A stretch of 64,000 nt of DNA from Gammaproteobacteria bacterium (GCA_018667355.1 JABIVC010000016.1:175762-239761); one strand, 5' to 3'; counted from the stretch's first letter, positions 27,470-38,024 are shown. Notes: generated from the letters alone by a model not told the origin. Numbers and translations are program-made.

Positions 27470-27771
27470 TGTTACATACAGTAAATAAATCACCATTTGA
27501 AAAAAATAGCCTAGATACTTGTTTAAGGTTAATAGATGATAGTTCGTCAGTACTTCTGATAGAAGATGCTGTATATGGCGCACTCGAGAATACAAGTATT
27601 TCTGATAAAATAAAAAAAGCGCAACAAGCAACTAAGTTTTATGTATTAGGCCCAGATTTAAAAGCTAGAGGGCTTGATAAAAGTTCTCTAATCTCTAATA
27701 TAGAGGTTATAGATTACAAGGGTTTTGTTACATTAACGGTAGAAAATGATAAAATTCAAAACTGGTTATAA
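27469..27771 (+). CDS. dsrH: DsrH
   Basis: 100 aa DsrH/TusB-like protein. ATG overlaps the dsrF stop (TAATG). Confidence 0.8.
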   Translation: MLHTVNKSPFEKNSLDTCLRLIDDSSSVLLIEDAVYGALENTSISDKIKKAQQATKFYVLGPDLKARGLDKSSLISNIEVIDYKGFVTLTVENDKIQNWL

Positions 27772-27787
27772 ATTAGAGGAGTAAATT

Positions 27788-28120
27788 ATGCCTATAGAAG
27801 TAAACGGAAAATCTTTTGAAACAGATGAAGAAGGGTATCTAGCCGATCTTAGCCTCTGGGAAAAAGACTTAGCTACAGCAATGGCTAAAGAAGATGATAT
27901 TGAACTTGGTGATGATCACTGGGAAATTATTAATTTTCTTCGTGAATACTATGAGGAGTATCAAATAGCCCCAGCTGTTAGGGTATTAACAAAGGCTGTT
28001 GGTAAAAAACTTGGCAAAGATAAAGGTAATAGTAAATACTTATATGAGCTATTCCCATATGGTCCAGGTAAACAAGCATGTAAATTTGCAGGGCTTCCAA
28101 AACCAACTGGTTGCGTATAA
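27788..28120 (+). CDS. dsrC: Sulfur carrier DsrC (both reactive cysteines present)
   Basis: C-terminus GKQACKFAGLPKPTGCV with CysB and penultimate CysA; 110 aa. Confidence 0.9.
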   Translation: MPIEVNGKSFETDEEGYLADLSLWEKDLATAMAKEDDIELGDDHWEIINFLREYYEEYQIAPAVRVLTKAVGKKLGKDKGNSKYLYELFPYGPGKQACKFAGLPKPTGCV

Positions 28121-28152
28121 CCTTTATACCAATTATAAGGAGAGATTAAGGT

Positions 28153-28890
28153 ATGTCATTTGTGACCATATTCTATGGAATATCATTTTATGTGGCTACC
28201 TTGATTCTATTTATAGGCCTAGCATATAGAATATATGAATATTCTATAATACCAGCCCCATTAAAAATCCCGACTCCACCGGCACCTAAAACAAAAAAGG
28301 GTGTTGCAATAAGATTATTTCGTGAAGTAGTATTTTTTGAAAGCTTATTCTCAGCTACCAAATGGACATGGTTGTTTGGATGGTTATTTCATTTTGCACT
28401 TTTACTTGCAGCTTTTAGACATCTGAGATATTTCACTGATCCGGTATGGTTTTGGGTTTCTTGGGAAATTGTTCAAGCTGCAGGGCATTATGCTGGATAT
28501 ATGATGTTATTTGGGTTGTTAGGTTTGCTAGGCAGAAGGATTTTTGTTGATAGGGTAAGGTATATTTCTAACCCATCTGATTACTTAATGTTAATACTAA
28601 TCATTTCCATTGCATTCACAGGGCTATTAATGAAGTGGTTTCATACAGATATTTATGCAGTAAAAATGTTCTTCATTGGTCTCATGTATTTCCAATGGTC
28701 TGAACTACCTAGTGATTTTGTCTTATTATTACATCTTTCTCTTGTACTGCTTTTAATGATAATATTTCCATATAGTAAATTATTGCATGCACCAGGATTA
28801 TTTTTTAGTCCTACGAGAAATCAAACAGACAATGCACGCGATCAGAGACACATAGCTGATTGGGCAAAAAGAATAGAATCAAAAAAATAG
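28153..28890 (+). CDS. dsrM: DsrM, membrane dihaem cytochrome b (NarI-like)
   Basis: Five predicted TM helices with conserved His pairs. Position after dsrC. Confidence 0.85.
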   Translation: MSFVTIFYGISFYVATLILFIGLAYRIYEYSIIPAPLKIPTPPAPKTKKGVAIRLFREVVFFESLFSATKWTWLFGWLFHFALLLAAFRHLRYFTDPVWFWVSWEIVQAAGHYAGYMMLFGLLGLLGRRIFVDRVRYISNPSDYLMLILIISIAFTGLLMKWFHTDIYAVKMFFIGLMYFQWSELPSDFVLLLHLSLVLLLMIIFPYSKLLHAPGLFFSPTRNQTDNARDQRHIADWAKRIESKK

Positions 28891-28897
28891 GGATATT

Positions 28898-30397
28898 ATG
28901 GCAGTAAAAGAATTTAAAAAACCTACTTTGAAAGAGTACTCATCGATTCCAAAGTTAGTGGAATCTGCTACTTCACATTTAGCACCATTTAAATCTAAAG
29001 AAGATTTTCAAAAGTCACTAGGATATCCAGGTGAATTAGTTGATAACTGGGAAGAAGTTGCTCTAGATAAAATGGGTGATTTATTGAAAAAATATCGTTC
29101 TCTCAGAGTTTATATGGATTCATGTATTCAATGTGGAGCTTGTACTGATAAGTGTCATTATTATTTAGGAACTAAAGATCCTAATAATATGCCTGTTGGT
29201 AGACAGAATCTAATGCGTGGCGTATATCGTAAGCATTTTACACTACCAGGAAAATATTTTCCTAAACTTGTTGGTGCAGTGGACCTTACAAAAGAAGTTT
29301 TGGACGACTGGTATTCATATTATCATCAATGTTCTCAATGCCGAAGATGTGCTGTCTTTTGTCCAATAGGAATTGACACTGCAGAAATCTCAATGGCAGC
29401 AAGGGAAATAATGGACTCTATTGGTGTTGGACAAAAATATTGCAATGAAATAATTGGGAAAGTTCATAAAATAGGTAATAACTTAGGCTTACCCAAGCCT
29501 GCCCTTGCAGACACACTGGAAGGACTAGAGGAAGATGTAGAAGAAGAAATAGGTGTAGATGTCAAGTTCCCGTTAGATGTTAAAGGTTCTGATGTATTAC
29601 TAGTCACCCCCTCAGCAGATTTTTTTGCTGAGCCTCATGTTGACGGCTTGATAGGCTATGCAAAAGTTTTTCATCAGGCAGGGATTAGCTGGACATTGAG
29701 TTCTCATGCAAGTGAAGCAGCAAATTTTGGAATGTTTATTGGTAGCTACGACAATATGAAAAAGTTAGCGCTTAGGATTCGTGAGGCTGCGTTAGATTTA
29801 GGTGTCAAAAGAATAGTATTTGGGGAGTGTGGACATGCATGGAGAGTTGCATATAGTTTTTTAAATACATTAGCAGGCCCATTTGATTTTCTAGATTCAA
29901 AATATCCTGTACCGCAACATATATGTGAAGTAACGCATGACCTTATTAATAAAAATGTATTACAGTTTGATAAAACCGCTAATGATGGAAAAATTATTAC
30001 ATTTCATGATTCTTGTAATGTAGCGAGAGCATCAAATATGGGTGATATCATGGGTGGACAATTTAGTCTTCCGAGAGACATTATAAAGGCTACAACAAAT
30101 AATTTTTATGACATGGATACAGAGACAATCATGGAGAAAACATTCTGTTGTGGCGGTGGTGGAGGCCTTCTAACAGATGATTTAATAGAACTGAGAATGA
30201 AAGGTGCTCAACCAAGAATGGAAGCTTTAAAAAGAGTTGTTGAGGACCATGGAGTGACCCATATGGCAGCAATATGCGCTATTTGCAAGAGTCAGTTTTC
30301 AAAGGCATTCCAGTATTATGGGTTTGAATTAGATCAAATTATAAGCCTTCATCAACTTGTTGGTGATGCCTTGATAATGAACAAAAAAGAGCTTTAG
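28898..30397 (+). CDS. dsrK: DsrK, HdrD-like iron-sulfur subunit with CCG domains
   Basis: Ferredoxin motifs CIQCGACTDKC and CSQCRRCAVFCP, plus CCG-type Cys-rich region (TFCCGGGGG, CAICK). Confidence 0.85.
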   Translation: MAVKEFKKPTLKEYSSIPKLVESATSHLAPFKSKEDFQKSLGYPGELVDNWEEVALDKMGDLLKKYRSLRVYMDSCIQCGACTDKCHYYLGTKDPNNMPVGRQNLMRGVYRKHFTLPGKYFPKLVGAVDLTKEVLDDWYSYYHQCSQCRRCAVFCPIGIDTAEISMAAREIMDSIGVGQKYCNEIIGKVHKIGNNLGLPKPALADTLEGLEEDVEEEIGVDVKFPLDVKGSDVLLVTPSADFFAEPHVDGLIGYAKVFHQAGISWTLSSHASEAANFGMFIGSYDNMKKLALRIREAALDLGVKRIVFGECGHAWRVAYSFLNTLAGPFDFLDSKYPVPQHICEVTHDLINKNVLQFDKTANDGKIITFHDSCNVARASNMGDIMGGQFSLPRDIIKATTNNFYDMDTETIMEKTFCCGGGGGLLTDDLIELRMKGAQPRMEALKRVVEDHGVTHMAAICAICKSQFSKAFQYYGFELDQIISLHQLVGDALIMNKKEL

Positions 30398-30470
30398 AGC
30401 TATAGTTCTTGTGATATAATTATCCAATATTAGAGAAGAATAATAAACTTATATAAAGTGTGAGATAATT

Positions 30471-32444
30471 ATGACTAAGCTAGAAAAAACTGTAAATGCA
30501 ATGAAAGAAGAAAGCACCTTCAGAAGATATGAAGAAGGTGATCACCAATATTCTGACTTCTCAAAACAAATATTTAATGAGGATACCTCTCATAAATGTC
30601 CAACTTATATTCACAAAACTCCTCCATGTCAAGGTAGTTGCCCGTCTGGCGAAGATATACGTGGATGGCTACAAATTGTAAGAGGCATTGAAAAAGCACC
30701 TGAGGGAATGAGTATGTCTGAATATGCTTTTAGGCGTTCTACTACTGCTAACCCGTTCCCATCACAAATGGGTAGAGTTTGCCCAGCTCCTTGTCAAAGT
30801 GGTTGTAACAGGAATGAAGTAGATGATTATGTTGGTATTAATGCCGTAGAACAATTTATTGGTGACAAAGCTTTTAAAGAAAATTATAAATTTGATTCTG
30901 CCCCAAAACTACTTAAACAAAGAGTAGCTATTATAGGTGGTGGACCAGCTGGATTATCTGCTGCTTTTCAACTACGAAAAATGGGCTATGCCTCAACAAT
31001 TTTTGAAGAACGTGAGGACTTGGGAGGGATGATGCGTTACGGAATCCCTAATTATAGAACACCGCGTGATATATTAGATGCAGAAATTAAACGCATACTT
31101 GATTTAGGTGATATTGAAGTGGTTCTGAATAAAAGAGTTGGAAAAGATATACCAATGGAAGAAGTTGAAAGTGCTTATGATGCAGTATTATGGACTATAG
31201 GTTGTTGGAATGGAAAGGCATTACCTATCGAAGGCAGTGATGCTGAAAATTGTCTAAGTGGTGTAGCTTTTTTAGAAGCTTTTTGCCAAGGTAGATTAAA
31301 AGTTGGGTCTAAAAAGGTTGTATGCGTTGGTGGCGGTGATACTTCGATTGATGTGGTGTCAGTTGCAAGAAGGCTAGGGCATATTTCAACTATGAATCCA
31401 CAAGAAAGCCCAGAAGCAATTGTACATGGTTATGTCGCGCAGGACGTCTCAGAGTCAGCGATGAAAGAAGGTGCCGAGGTTACACTAACGTCACTATTCC
31501 AAAAAGAAGAAATGACAGCTGCAGAACAAGAAGTTAATGACGCCATACATGAAGGAGTAACAATAATTAACAGTGTTATTCCGGTAAGAGTAGAAAAAGA
31601 TGATAATAATCGAGCTACAGCATTAATAATTGCTAAATGTACTTTTGAAGATAATAAGCCAGTTCCTGTCGAAGGTTCAGAGCAAAGAATCGAAGCAGAC
31701 TTAATTGTTTCTGCAATAGGCCAGTCACCCGATATAGAAGGCCTTGAGGCTCTTGGTAATGAGCATGGTTTTTTTGACATTGATGATTTTTATAGACACA
31801 AGACAAAAGAAGGACATTTTGTTGCCGGAGATATAGTGAGGCCACATCTATTGACAACTGCAATCGGTCAGGGATCAATAGCATCACAATCTATAAAAAG
31901 TTTTTTTGAAAATAAAGATTTTAAACGTAGACCTAAAGTAGATGTGCACCATTTTAATTTATTAGATAAATTAAGAGAAACAGATCAACAACCTGCTGAG
32001 TATAAGGCAGTAATTGAGGATCCTGATTTATTAAGAGGAACTGATAATAGTAACGCGGTTGTTCATAATTACGAGGATCGTTCTTCACAAGAAGTAATCC
32101 CTTCTACAGAATTATTTTTAGGACATTTTGATCATGAAGACCGAGTCAAAAGAGGAGAAGCTGTTCCTTCTGGTGATGATGTGATAGATCATTATGAAGA
32201 TAGAATAATTGGTCTTACAGAAGAAGATGCAATCAAAGAAGCTTCAAGATGCATGAGTTGTGGGATGTGTTTTGAGTGTGATAATTGTGTAATCTACTGT
32301 CCTCAAGATGCAGTTTTTCGTGTCAAAAAAGATGAATCTACAATGGGTAGATACGTTGATACTGATTATGATAAATGTATTGGGTGTCATATTTGCGCAG
32401 ATGTTTGTCCAACTGGATATATAAAAATGGGTCTAGGCGAATAA
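30471..32444 (+). CDS. dsrL: DsrL, NAD(P)H:acceptor oxidoreductase (GltD-like with C-terminal ferredoxin domain)
   Basis: N-terminal Fe-S Cys motifs, IIGGGPAGLSAA FAD fold, second NAD(P) fold VCVGGGDTSIDV, and C-terminal CMSCGMCFECDNCVIYCP / CIGCHICADVCP. Confidence 0.85.
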   Translation: MTKLEKTVNAMKEESTFRRYEEGDHQYSDFSKQIFNEDTSHKCPTYIHKTPPCQGSCPSGEDIRGWLQIVRGIEKAPEGMSMSEYAFRRSTTANPFPSQMGRVCPAPCQSGCNRNEVDDYVGINAVEQFIGDKAFKENYKFDSAPKLLKQRVAIIGGGPAGLSAAFQLRKMGYASTIFEEREDLGGMMRYGIPNYRTPRDILDAEIKRILDLGDIEVVLNKRVGKDIPMEEVESAYDAVLWTIGCWNGKALPIEGSDAENCLSGVAFLEAFCQGRLKVGSKKVVCVGGGDTSIDVVSVARRLGHISTMNPQESPEAIVHGYVAQDVSESAMKEGAEVTLTSLFQKEEMTAAEQEVNDAIHEGVTIINSVIPVRVEKDDNNRATALIIAKCTFEDNKPVPVEGSEQRIEADLIVSAIGQSPDIEGLEALGNEHGFFDIDDFYRHKTKEGHFVAGDIVRPHLLTTAIGQGSIASQSIKSFFENKDFKRRPKVDVHHFNLLDKLRETDQQPAEYKAVIEDPDLLRGTDNSNAVVHNYEDRSSQEVIPSTELFLGHFDHEDRVKRGEAVPSGDDVIDHYEDRIIGLTEEDAIKEASRCMSCGMCFECDNCVIYCPQDAVFRVKKDESTMGRYVDTDYDKCIGCHICADVCPTGYIKMGLGE

Positions 32445-32486
32445 TTAGTAAAGCTAATTAACTGGTAGCAACTGAGGAGAGAGATT

Positions 32487-32966
32487 GTGCCCCAACTTAA
32501 GAAAATACTAGCTGTTGTAATAATGGTATTTATCCCAATTTCCTCGTTCTCACATGATAATGAAAAACATTCACTGAAAGGAATGTCGAAAGCTGATAAA
32601 TTAGATCAGTGCGTAGAGCCCACGGAGAAGATGCAAAAACATCACTTTGAGTATCTTTATCACCAACGAGAAAATACTGTTGAGAAAGGAATAAGAACTA
32701 AAAATCATAGTTTAGCTAATTGCATAGATTGTCATGTTTCACACGATGAAGAGGGTAATGCGATCCCAATTAACGATGAAGGTCAATTTTGTCAAACTTG
32801 TCATGTCAAGACTGCAGTAAACATAGATTGTTTCAGTTGCCATGCCTCCATTCCAAGAGATAGTTTATCAAGAACTAAGTCGCAAGTTCATAGTCGTAAC
32901 ACGCATATTGAATCTACTGCAAAAAATTTAGTAGAGTATTATAATGAGACTAATTATGAAAGATAG
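32487..32966 (+). CDS. dsrJ: DsrJ, trihaem cytochrome c
   Basis: Three CxxCH motifs (CIDCH, CQTCH, CFSCH) and an N-terminal signal/TM anchor. GTG start with GAGGAGAG RBS. Confidence 0.85.
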   Translation: MPQLKKILAVVIMVFIPISSFSHDNEKHSLKGMSKADKLDQCVEPTEKMQKHHFEYLYHQRENTVEKGIRTKNHSLANCIDCHVSHDEEGNAIPINDEGQFCQTCHVKTAVNIDCFSCHASIPRDSLSRTKSQVHSRNTHIESTAKNLVEYYNETNYER

Positions 32967-33696
32967 AACTCATCTAACAAGAAGAGAATTTATAGTAAAG
33001 TCTATTACAGCTATATCTGCTGTATATATAATTCCTGATATTATTTCTAAAGCTGAAGCATCTAAACCTTTAGATGCAGAAGTTAGTCCAAAAACAAAAT
33101 GGGCTATTAATGTTGATGTTACTAAATGCGTTGATGGATGTACTTCTTGCGTAGAAGCTTGTGTTGATGAAAATGGACTTTACGGATTTGATAGGCCGGA
33201 GACTGATTCCCAATGGATTAGAAAACTACGAATTAAAGATATTAAAACTGATAAAGTGACAACCTTGCCAATGATGTGTCAGCATTGTGAAAACCCACCA
33301 TGTGTAGATGTATGCCCTACTGGAGCTTCCTTTAGAAGAGAAGATGGTATTGTAATGGTTAATCAGCATACATGTATTGGTTGTAGATATTGTATGATGG
33401 CCTGTCCATTTAAAGCAAGATCCTTTGTCCATGAAAACTTAACTGAACAAGTAACAAGTGCACCTCGAGGGAAAGGGTGTGTCGAAAGTTGTAATCTATG
33501 TGTTAACAGAATAGACCATGGATCCGAGACCACTGCTTGTGAAGAAGCTTGCATGAAAGAAGGACATAATGCAATTACTTTTGGTGATTTGTCTGAACCA
33601 GATAGCAGAGTAAGTATTGCAATCAAAACAAAATCAAGTAGGCGATTAAGAGCAGATATGAGACTTAAACAGAGAGTTACATACTCAGGGTTTTAA
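32944..33696 (+). CDS. dsrO: DsrO, periplasmic iron-sulfur protein (Tat substrate)
   Basis: Twin-arginine motif TRREFIVKS and four ferredoxin-like Cys clusters (CVDGCTSCVEAC, CQHCENPPCVDVCP, CIGCRYCMMACP, CNLC...C). The true start may be the second Met at 32956. Confidence 0.85.
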   Translation: MRLIMKDRTHLTRREFIVKSITAISAVYIIPDIISKAEASKPLDAEVSPKTKWAINVDVTKCVDGCTSCVEACVDENGLYGFDRPETDSQWIRKLRIKDIKTDKVTTLPMMCQHCENPPCVDVCPTGASFRREDGIVMVNQHTCIGCRYCMMACPFKARSFVHENLTEQVTSAPRGKGCVESCNLCVNRIDHGSETTACEEACMKEGHNAITFGDLSEPDSRVSIAIKTKSSRRLRADMRLKQRVTYSGF

Positions 33697-33702
33697 ATCA
33701 TT

Positions 33703-34923
33703 ATGGATAAAATTATATTCACTAAATTCATTATTAATCCAAAGATATTTTGGTCTAATTTTTTTCTTTTAGGTTTCTTTATGTTAATTGGTTTTGCATG
33801 CTCTCACTATATGGAATTAGAAGGACATCATGTAACAGGCATGAATAATCAAATTGTTTGGGGTTTACCGCACATATTTGCTGTGCTTCTAATTGTCATA
33901 GCCTCAGGTGTATTAAATATTGCATCTATATCTTCTGTTTTTGATAAGAAATTATATAAACCTCTTGCACCATTATCTGCATTATTAGCGATTTCCTTTC
34001 TAATTGCTGGTTTAGCTATACTAGTTTTAGATTTAGGCCGTCCTAATAGATTAATTGTTGCAATGACCACATATAATTTTAAATCAATATTTTCTTGGAA
34101 CATCTTCTTATACTCTGGTTTTACAGTCGTTCTTGCAGCATATATTTGGACAATGTTAGACCGTGAAGTTAACAAATATTCAAAATTTATGGGTACTTTT
34201 GCTTTTGGGTGGAGAATAATACTTACTACTGGTACAGGTTCTATTTTTGGTTTTCTTGTAGCTCGTGAAGCCTATTCAACAGCGATATTAGCCCCTCTAT
34301 TTATTGTTATGTCTTTACTTTATGGTACCGCTGTTTATTATTTGATTCTAAGAGTAATCAGTAAATATCATGAGACCTATATCTCAAAAGATATCCTCGA
34401 TAATTTAAAAAAGTTGAGCACTATGTTTTTATTCGCCAATCTATATTTCCTGGCTCTGTATCATATGACAAATATGTATATTGCCAAACATTTGGATTTT
34501 GAGATATTTATATTATCTTCAGGTGGAGTATATACACTGGCTTTTTGGCTTGGACAAGTTATTATTGGGATAGTGATACCAATAATACTTCTTAATTCTA
34601 AAAAGTTATCATCAAATATGGTGTTGACATCATCATCGATAATGATCCTTTTAGGTAGTTTTATTGCTATGTATGTCATTATTATTGGTGGGCAAGCTTA
34701 TCCATTAACAATTTTCCCAGACCATATGATTATAGAATCAGCATTTTATGATAATGTTGTTCATTCTTATGTACCATCTATATATGAACTTGGCTTAGGT
34801 ATTGGTGGTGTTGCCCTAGCATTAATTATTATCTTAGTTGGAATTGCTAATTTTAAATTCTTACCAACAATGATTTCCTCTCCTAAGTCTATAGATGCTG
34901 TTGACAATACTTCTAATAACTAA
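33703..34923 (+). CDS. dsrP: DsrP, NrfD/PsrC-like integral membrane subunit
   Basis: ~10 predicted TM helices, 406 aa. Position after dsrO. Confidence 0.85.
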   Translation: MDKIIFTKFIINPKIFWSNFFLLGFFMLIGFACSHYMELEGHHVTGMNNQIVWGLPHIFAVLLIVIASGVLNIASISSVFDKKLYKPLAPLSALLAISFLIAGLAILVLDLGRPNRLIVAMTTYNFKSIFSWNIFLYSGFTVVLAAYIWTMLDREVNKYSKFMGTFAFGWRIILTTGTGSIFGFLVAREAYSTAILAPLFIVMSLLYGTAVYYLILRVISKYHETYISKDILDNLKKLSTMFLFANLYFLALYHMTNMYIAKHLDFEIFILSSGGVYTLAFWLGQVIIGIVIPIILLNSKKLSSNMVLTSSSIMILLGSFIAMYVIIIGGQAYPLTIFPDHMIIESAFYDNVVHSYVPSIYELGLGIGGVALALIIILVGIANFKFLPTMISSPKSIDAVDNTSNN

Positions 34924-34928
34924 GTACT

Positions 34929-36287
34929 GTGAAATCTTATCTTATCTCATCAACTAAAAAATCATCTGGGAAAACTATTATAACTAGTGGCTTGTGTTCA
35001 GTATTAAACTCTATAGATTCTCTAGCCGTATTTAAAAAAGGTCCTGATTATATAGATTCTCATTGGTTAAGTAAGTCAGCAAAAACTAAATGTTATAATT
35101 TAGATTTTTTTACAATGAGCAAATCAGAGATAAGGGATTTATATAAGTGCAAGTCTCGTGATAAAGCTATTTCTATTATAGAAGGTAACAAAGGATTATT
35201 TGATGGGGTAAGCTTAAATGGTGAAGATAGTAATGCGGCTTTAGCACATCTCTTAAAACTTAATATAATTTTAGTCCTTGATTGTGCTGGTATCACACGA
35301 GGCATAGCCCCATTACTTCAAGGATATCAAGGTTTTGATAAAGATTTAAAATACAAAGGAGTTATTCTAAATAATGTAGCAAGCGATAGACATGAAGGTA
35401 AAATCATTAATGCAATAAATGAATTTACAAAATTTAAGGTAATTGGTTCTGTACATAAAAATAAACAATTAAATATTATAGAAAAAAAACTTGGCCTGGA
35501 ACCTGTGTTTCAAAATAAAAATACTAACAAAGTAATCAAAAATATATCATCTATAGTGAAGTCATCAATTGATATTAAATGTTTGCTTAATAAGCCGATC
35601 AAGGCCAAGAAAAATATGATTACAAAGATTAATACTAGATATTCCAAATATTCTAATTTAAGGATTGGAATAGCTTTAGATAGTGCTTTCGGTTTCTATT
35701 ATCCAGATGATATCGAGAAGATTAAATCTTATGGTGTTAAAATTATCTACTTTGATACCTTGAAAGATAAATCACTTCCTAATGTTGATGCGTTAATTAT
35801 TGGAGGTGGATTTCCCGAACGAGTAGCTCATTATCTAAATAAAAATACCCAGATGATTAAATCTATTTCCAGTTTTATTAATGATGGGTTACCAGTTTAT
35901 GCCGAGTGCGGTGGTTTAATGTATTTATGTAAAACTATAAAAACTAGCATGAAGAAATATAAAATGACTGGTATTATTAATGCAGATGTTGAAATGTGCG
36001 ATAATCCTATTGGGAGAGGATATGTTGAACTTTCAGTTAGTAATAAACACCCTTGGTTTCATAAAGGTGATACTATAAAATGTCATGAATTTCACTATTC
36101 TAATATTATATTGAAAAATGATTCGTATTCGTATGGATTCAAGGTCAAGCGTGGATATGGTATCAATGGTAAGCATGATGGTATATTATATAAAAATCTT
36201 GTTGCCTCTTATAGCCACTTAAGAGATACTGATCAGTCCAAATGGATTGATAATTACTTAAACTTTATCAATAGCATAAAAAAATAA
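34929..36287 (+). CDS. dsrN: DsrN, cobyrinic acid a,c-diamide synthase-like sirohaem amidase
   Basis: GTG start; N-terminal P-loop-like SSTKKSSGKT and C-terminal glutamine amidotransferase region (AECGGLMYL ... H...E). Confidence 0.8.
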   Translation: MKSYLISSTKKSSGKTIITSGLCSVLNSIDSLAVFKKGPDYIDSHWLSKSAKTKCYNLDFFTMSKSEIRDLYKCKSRDKAISIIEGNKGLFDGVSLNGEDSNAALAHLLKLNIILVLDCAGITRGIAPLLQGYQGFDKDLKYKGVILNNVASDRHEGKIINAINEFTKFKVIGSVHKNKQLNIIEKKLGLEPVFQNKNTNKVIKNISSIVKSSIDIKCLLNKPIKAKKNMITKINTRYSKYSNLRIGIALDSAFGFYYPDDIEKIKSYGVKIIYFDTLKDKSLPNVDALIIGGGFPERVAHYLNKNTQMIKSISSFINDGLPVYAECGGLMYLCKTIKTSMKKYKMTGIINADVEMCDNPIGRGYVELSVSNKHPWFHKGDTIKCHEFHYSNIILKNDSYSYGFKVKRGYGINGKHDGILYKNLVASYSHLRDTDQSKWIDNYLNFINSIKK

Positions 36288-36643
36288 TGAAACAAAAACA
36301 GATATTTGAAATTACAGATTCAGCTTCAGAACAAATTATAAAATCTTCAGAGGATAGCGATTCTAAAGATTGGCCACTAAGAATTGCAGTCAACGTTTCT
36401 AACGATGGAAAGTTTAATTATATTATGGGCTTTGATCATTCCAAGGAAGAGGACTTAAGATTAAAAATTAATAAAGTTGAAATAATTATTTCACCTGATT
36501 CAATGATCAATCTAAAGAATTGTAAATTAGATTATGTTGAGCTAGAGGAAGGCCAGTATGAGTTTATTTTTTTGAACCCTAATGATCCTGCTTACAGCCC
36601 TCCAGATGATAGTTTAGAAAAAAATGTTACGCATGACTTATAG
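36287..36643 (+). CDS. dsrR: DsrR, IscA/HesB-like protein lacking the Fe-S-binding cysteines
   Basis: 118 aa protein ending the dsr operon, with an IscA-like beta pattern and none of the three conserved Cys. Consistent with A. vinosum DsrR. Confidence 0.6.
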   Translation: MKQKQIFEITDSASEQIIKSSEDSDSKDWPLRIAVNVSNDGKFNYIMGFDHSKEEDLRLKINKVEIIISPDSMINLKNCKLDYVELEEGQYEFIFLNPNDPAYSPPDDSLEKNVTHDL

Positions 36644-37594
36644 ATCTCTTAATTCTTTGGGCATGCTAAATGTTATATCTTCTATAATAACATCTTGCTT
36701 GATATCATCCAACACGGCTCCGTTTTGGATAAGATAATTTATAACCCCATCCAATAATATTTGAGGAGCTGAAGCACCTGCGGTGATACCAATATTCCTC
36801 TTATCTTTTAGTTCTTGCAGGTTTATGTCTTTTTTATTATCTATAAGTTTTGAGTTGATATTATTTTTTAATGCTAATTCTACTAATCGTCTTGAATTAG
36901 AGCTATTAATCGACCCGATAACGAGCAAGTAATCACAATGTTTTAATATTGATTTAACCGCATCCTGTCTATTCTGTGTTGCATAACATATGTCACTTTT
37001 TGCTGGTGATTGTATATGAGGATATTTTTTTAATAGCCTCATTATTATATTTTTAGTATCATCTATCGAAAGGGTTGTTTGTGTGACATAAGCAATTTCT
37101 TTATTTATTATCTTAAGCTTGTCAATATCATCCAATGTTTCGACAAGATGTATTTTAGCATTTGGTGATCTATATTGACCCATCGTTCCTTCTATTTCAG
37201 GATGACCTTTATGACCTATTAATACTACATCCGTATCTGTCTTAGAGTATTTATGCACTTCTATATGAACTTTTGTAACTAATGGGCATGTAGCATCGAA
37301 TATTTTTAAATTTCTTTTTTCAGCCTCATCTTTAATTTGTATTGAAACACCATGAGCACTATAGATTAAAATTGAGTTTTCTGGAACCTCTTTAATATCT
37401 TCAATAAAGTGTACACCTCTTCTTTCAAGGTCTTCAATAACATATTTATTATGTACAACCTCATGTTTGACATAGACAGGAGAGCCAAAAACATCTATCG
37501 CCTTGTTGACTATATCTACAGCTCTTTCTACTCCTGCACAAAACCCTCGGGGTGTAGCTAGAATAAGCCTCGTATTTAAAAAAATATTACTCAT
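36638..37594 (-). CDS. ispH: 4-hydroxy-3-methylbut-2-enyl diphosphate reductase
   Basis: ATPRGFCAGVERAV N-terminal motif and conserved Cys/His/Glu of IspH/LytB. Confidence 0.9.
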   Translation of the reverse strand: MSNIFLNTRLILATPRGFCAGVERAVDIVNKAIDVFGSPVYVKHEVVHNKYVIEDLERRGVHFIEDIKEVPENSILIYSAHGVSIQIKDEAEKRNLKIFDATCPLVTKVHIEVHKYSKTDTDVVLIGHKGHPEIEGTMGQYRSPNAKIHLVETLDDIDKLKIINKEIAYVTQTTLSIDDTKNIIMRLLKKYPHIQSPAKSDICYATQNRQDAVKSILKHCDYLLVIGSINSSNSRRLVELALKNNINSKLIDNKKDINLQELKDKRNIGITAGASAPQILLDGVINYLIQNGAVLDDIKQDVIIEDITFSMPKELRDL

Positions 37595-38024
37595 CTATGT
37601 TAACAACTTTCACCTTAAATATAATTTTATGCCCGGCTAATGGATGGTTTAGGTCTAATGACACATTTTCACCATCAACACGTTTTATAATAGCAAATGC
37701 TATGCCAGTTTTTCCATCTTTTTCTCTAATATCAATCTCTATTACATTACCAACCATAACCATTTCTTTTTTAGGAAACATACTGATATGTAGGGTTTTA
37801 TTTTTATTCTCATCTCGCATACCAAAAGCATCTTTCGGCTCTATTACCACTGTTTGGTCAGTGCCAATAGTGAGTCCATATAAGGTCATTTCAAGATTTC
37901 TTGGAAGTGTGCCATCACCTATTCTTATTACTATAGGTTTTGAGGAAAAGGTTGATTCAAATATTATATTATTCACACTAGATATTGAGTAATGTAATGT
38001 TACTAAAGAATTAAATTTAATCAT
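37587..38024 (-). CDS. fkpB: FKBP-type peptidyl-prolyl cis-trans isomerase (FkpB/SlpA-like)
   Basis: VTLHYSI...G.V.DST and IGDGTL...E..L.G FKBP motifs. Conserved position between lspA and ispH. Confidence 0.8.
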   Translation of the reverse strand: MIKFNSLVTLHYSISSVNNIIFESTFSSKPIVIRIGDGTLPRNLEMTLYGLTIGTDQTVVIEPKDAFGMRDENKNKTLHISMFPKKEMVMVGNVIEIDIREKDGKTGIAFAIIKRVDGENVSLDLNHPLAGHKIIFKVKVVNIDE

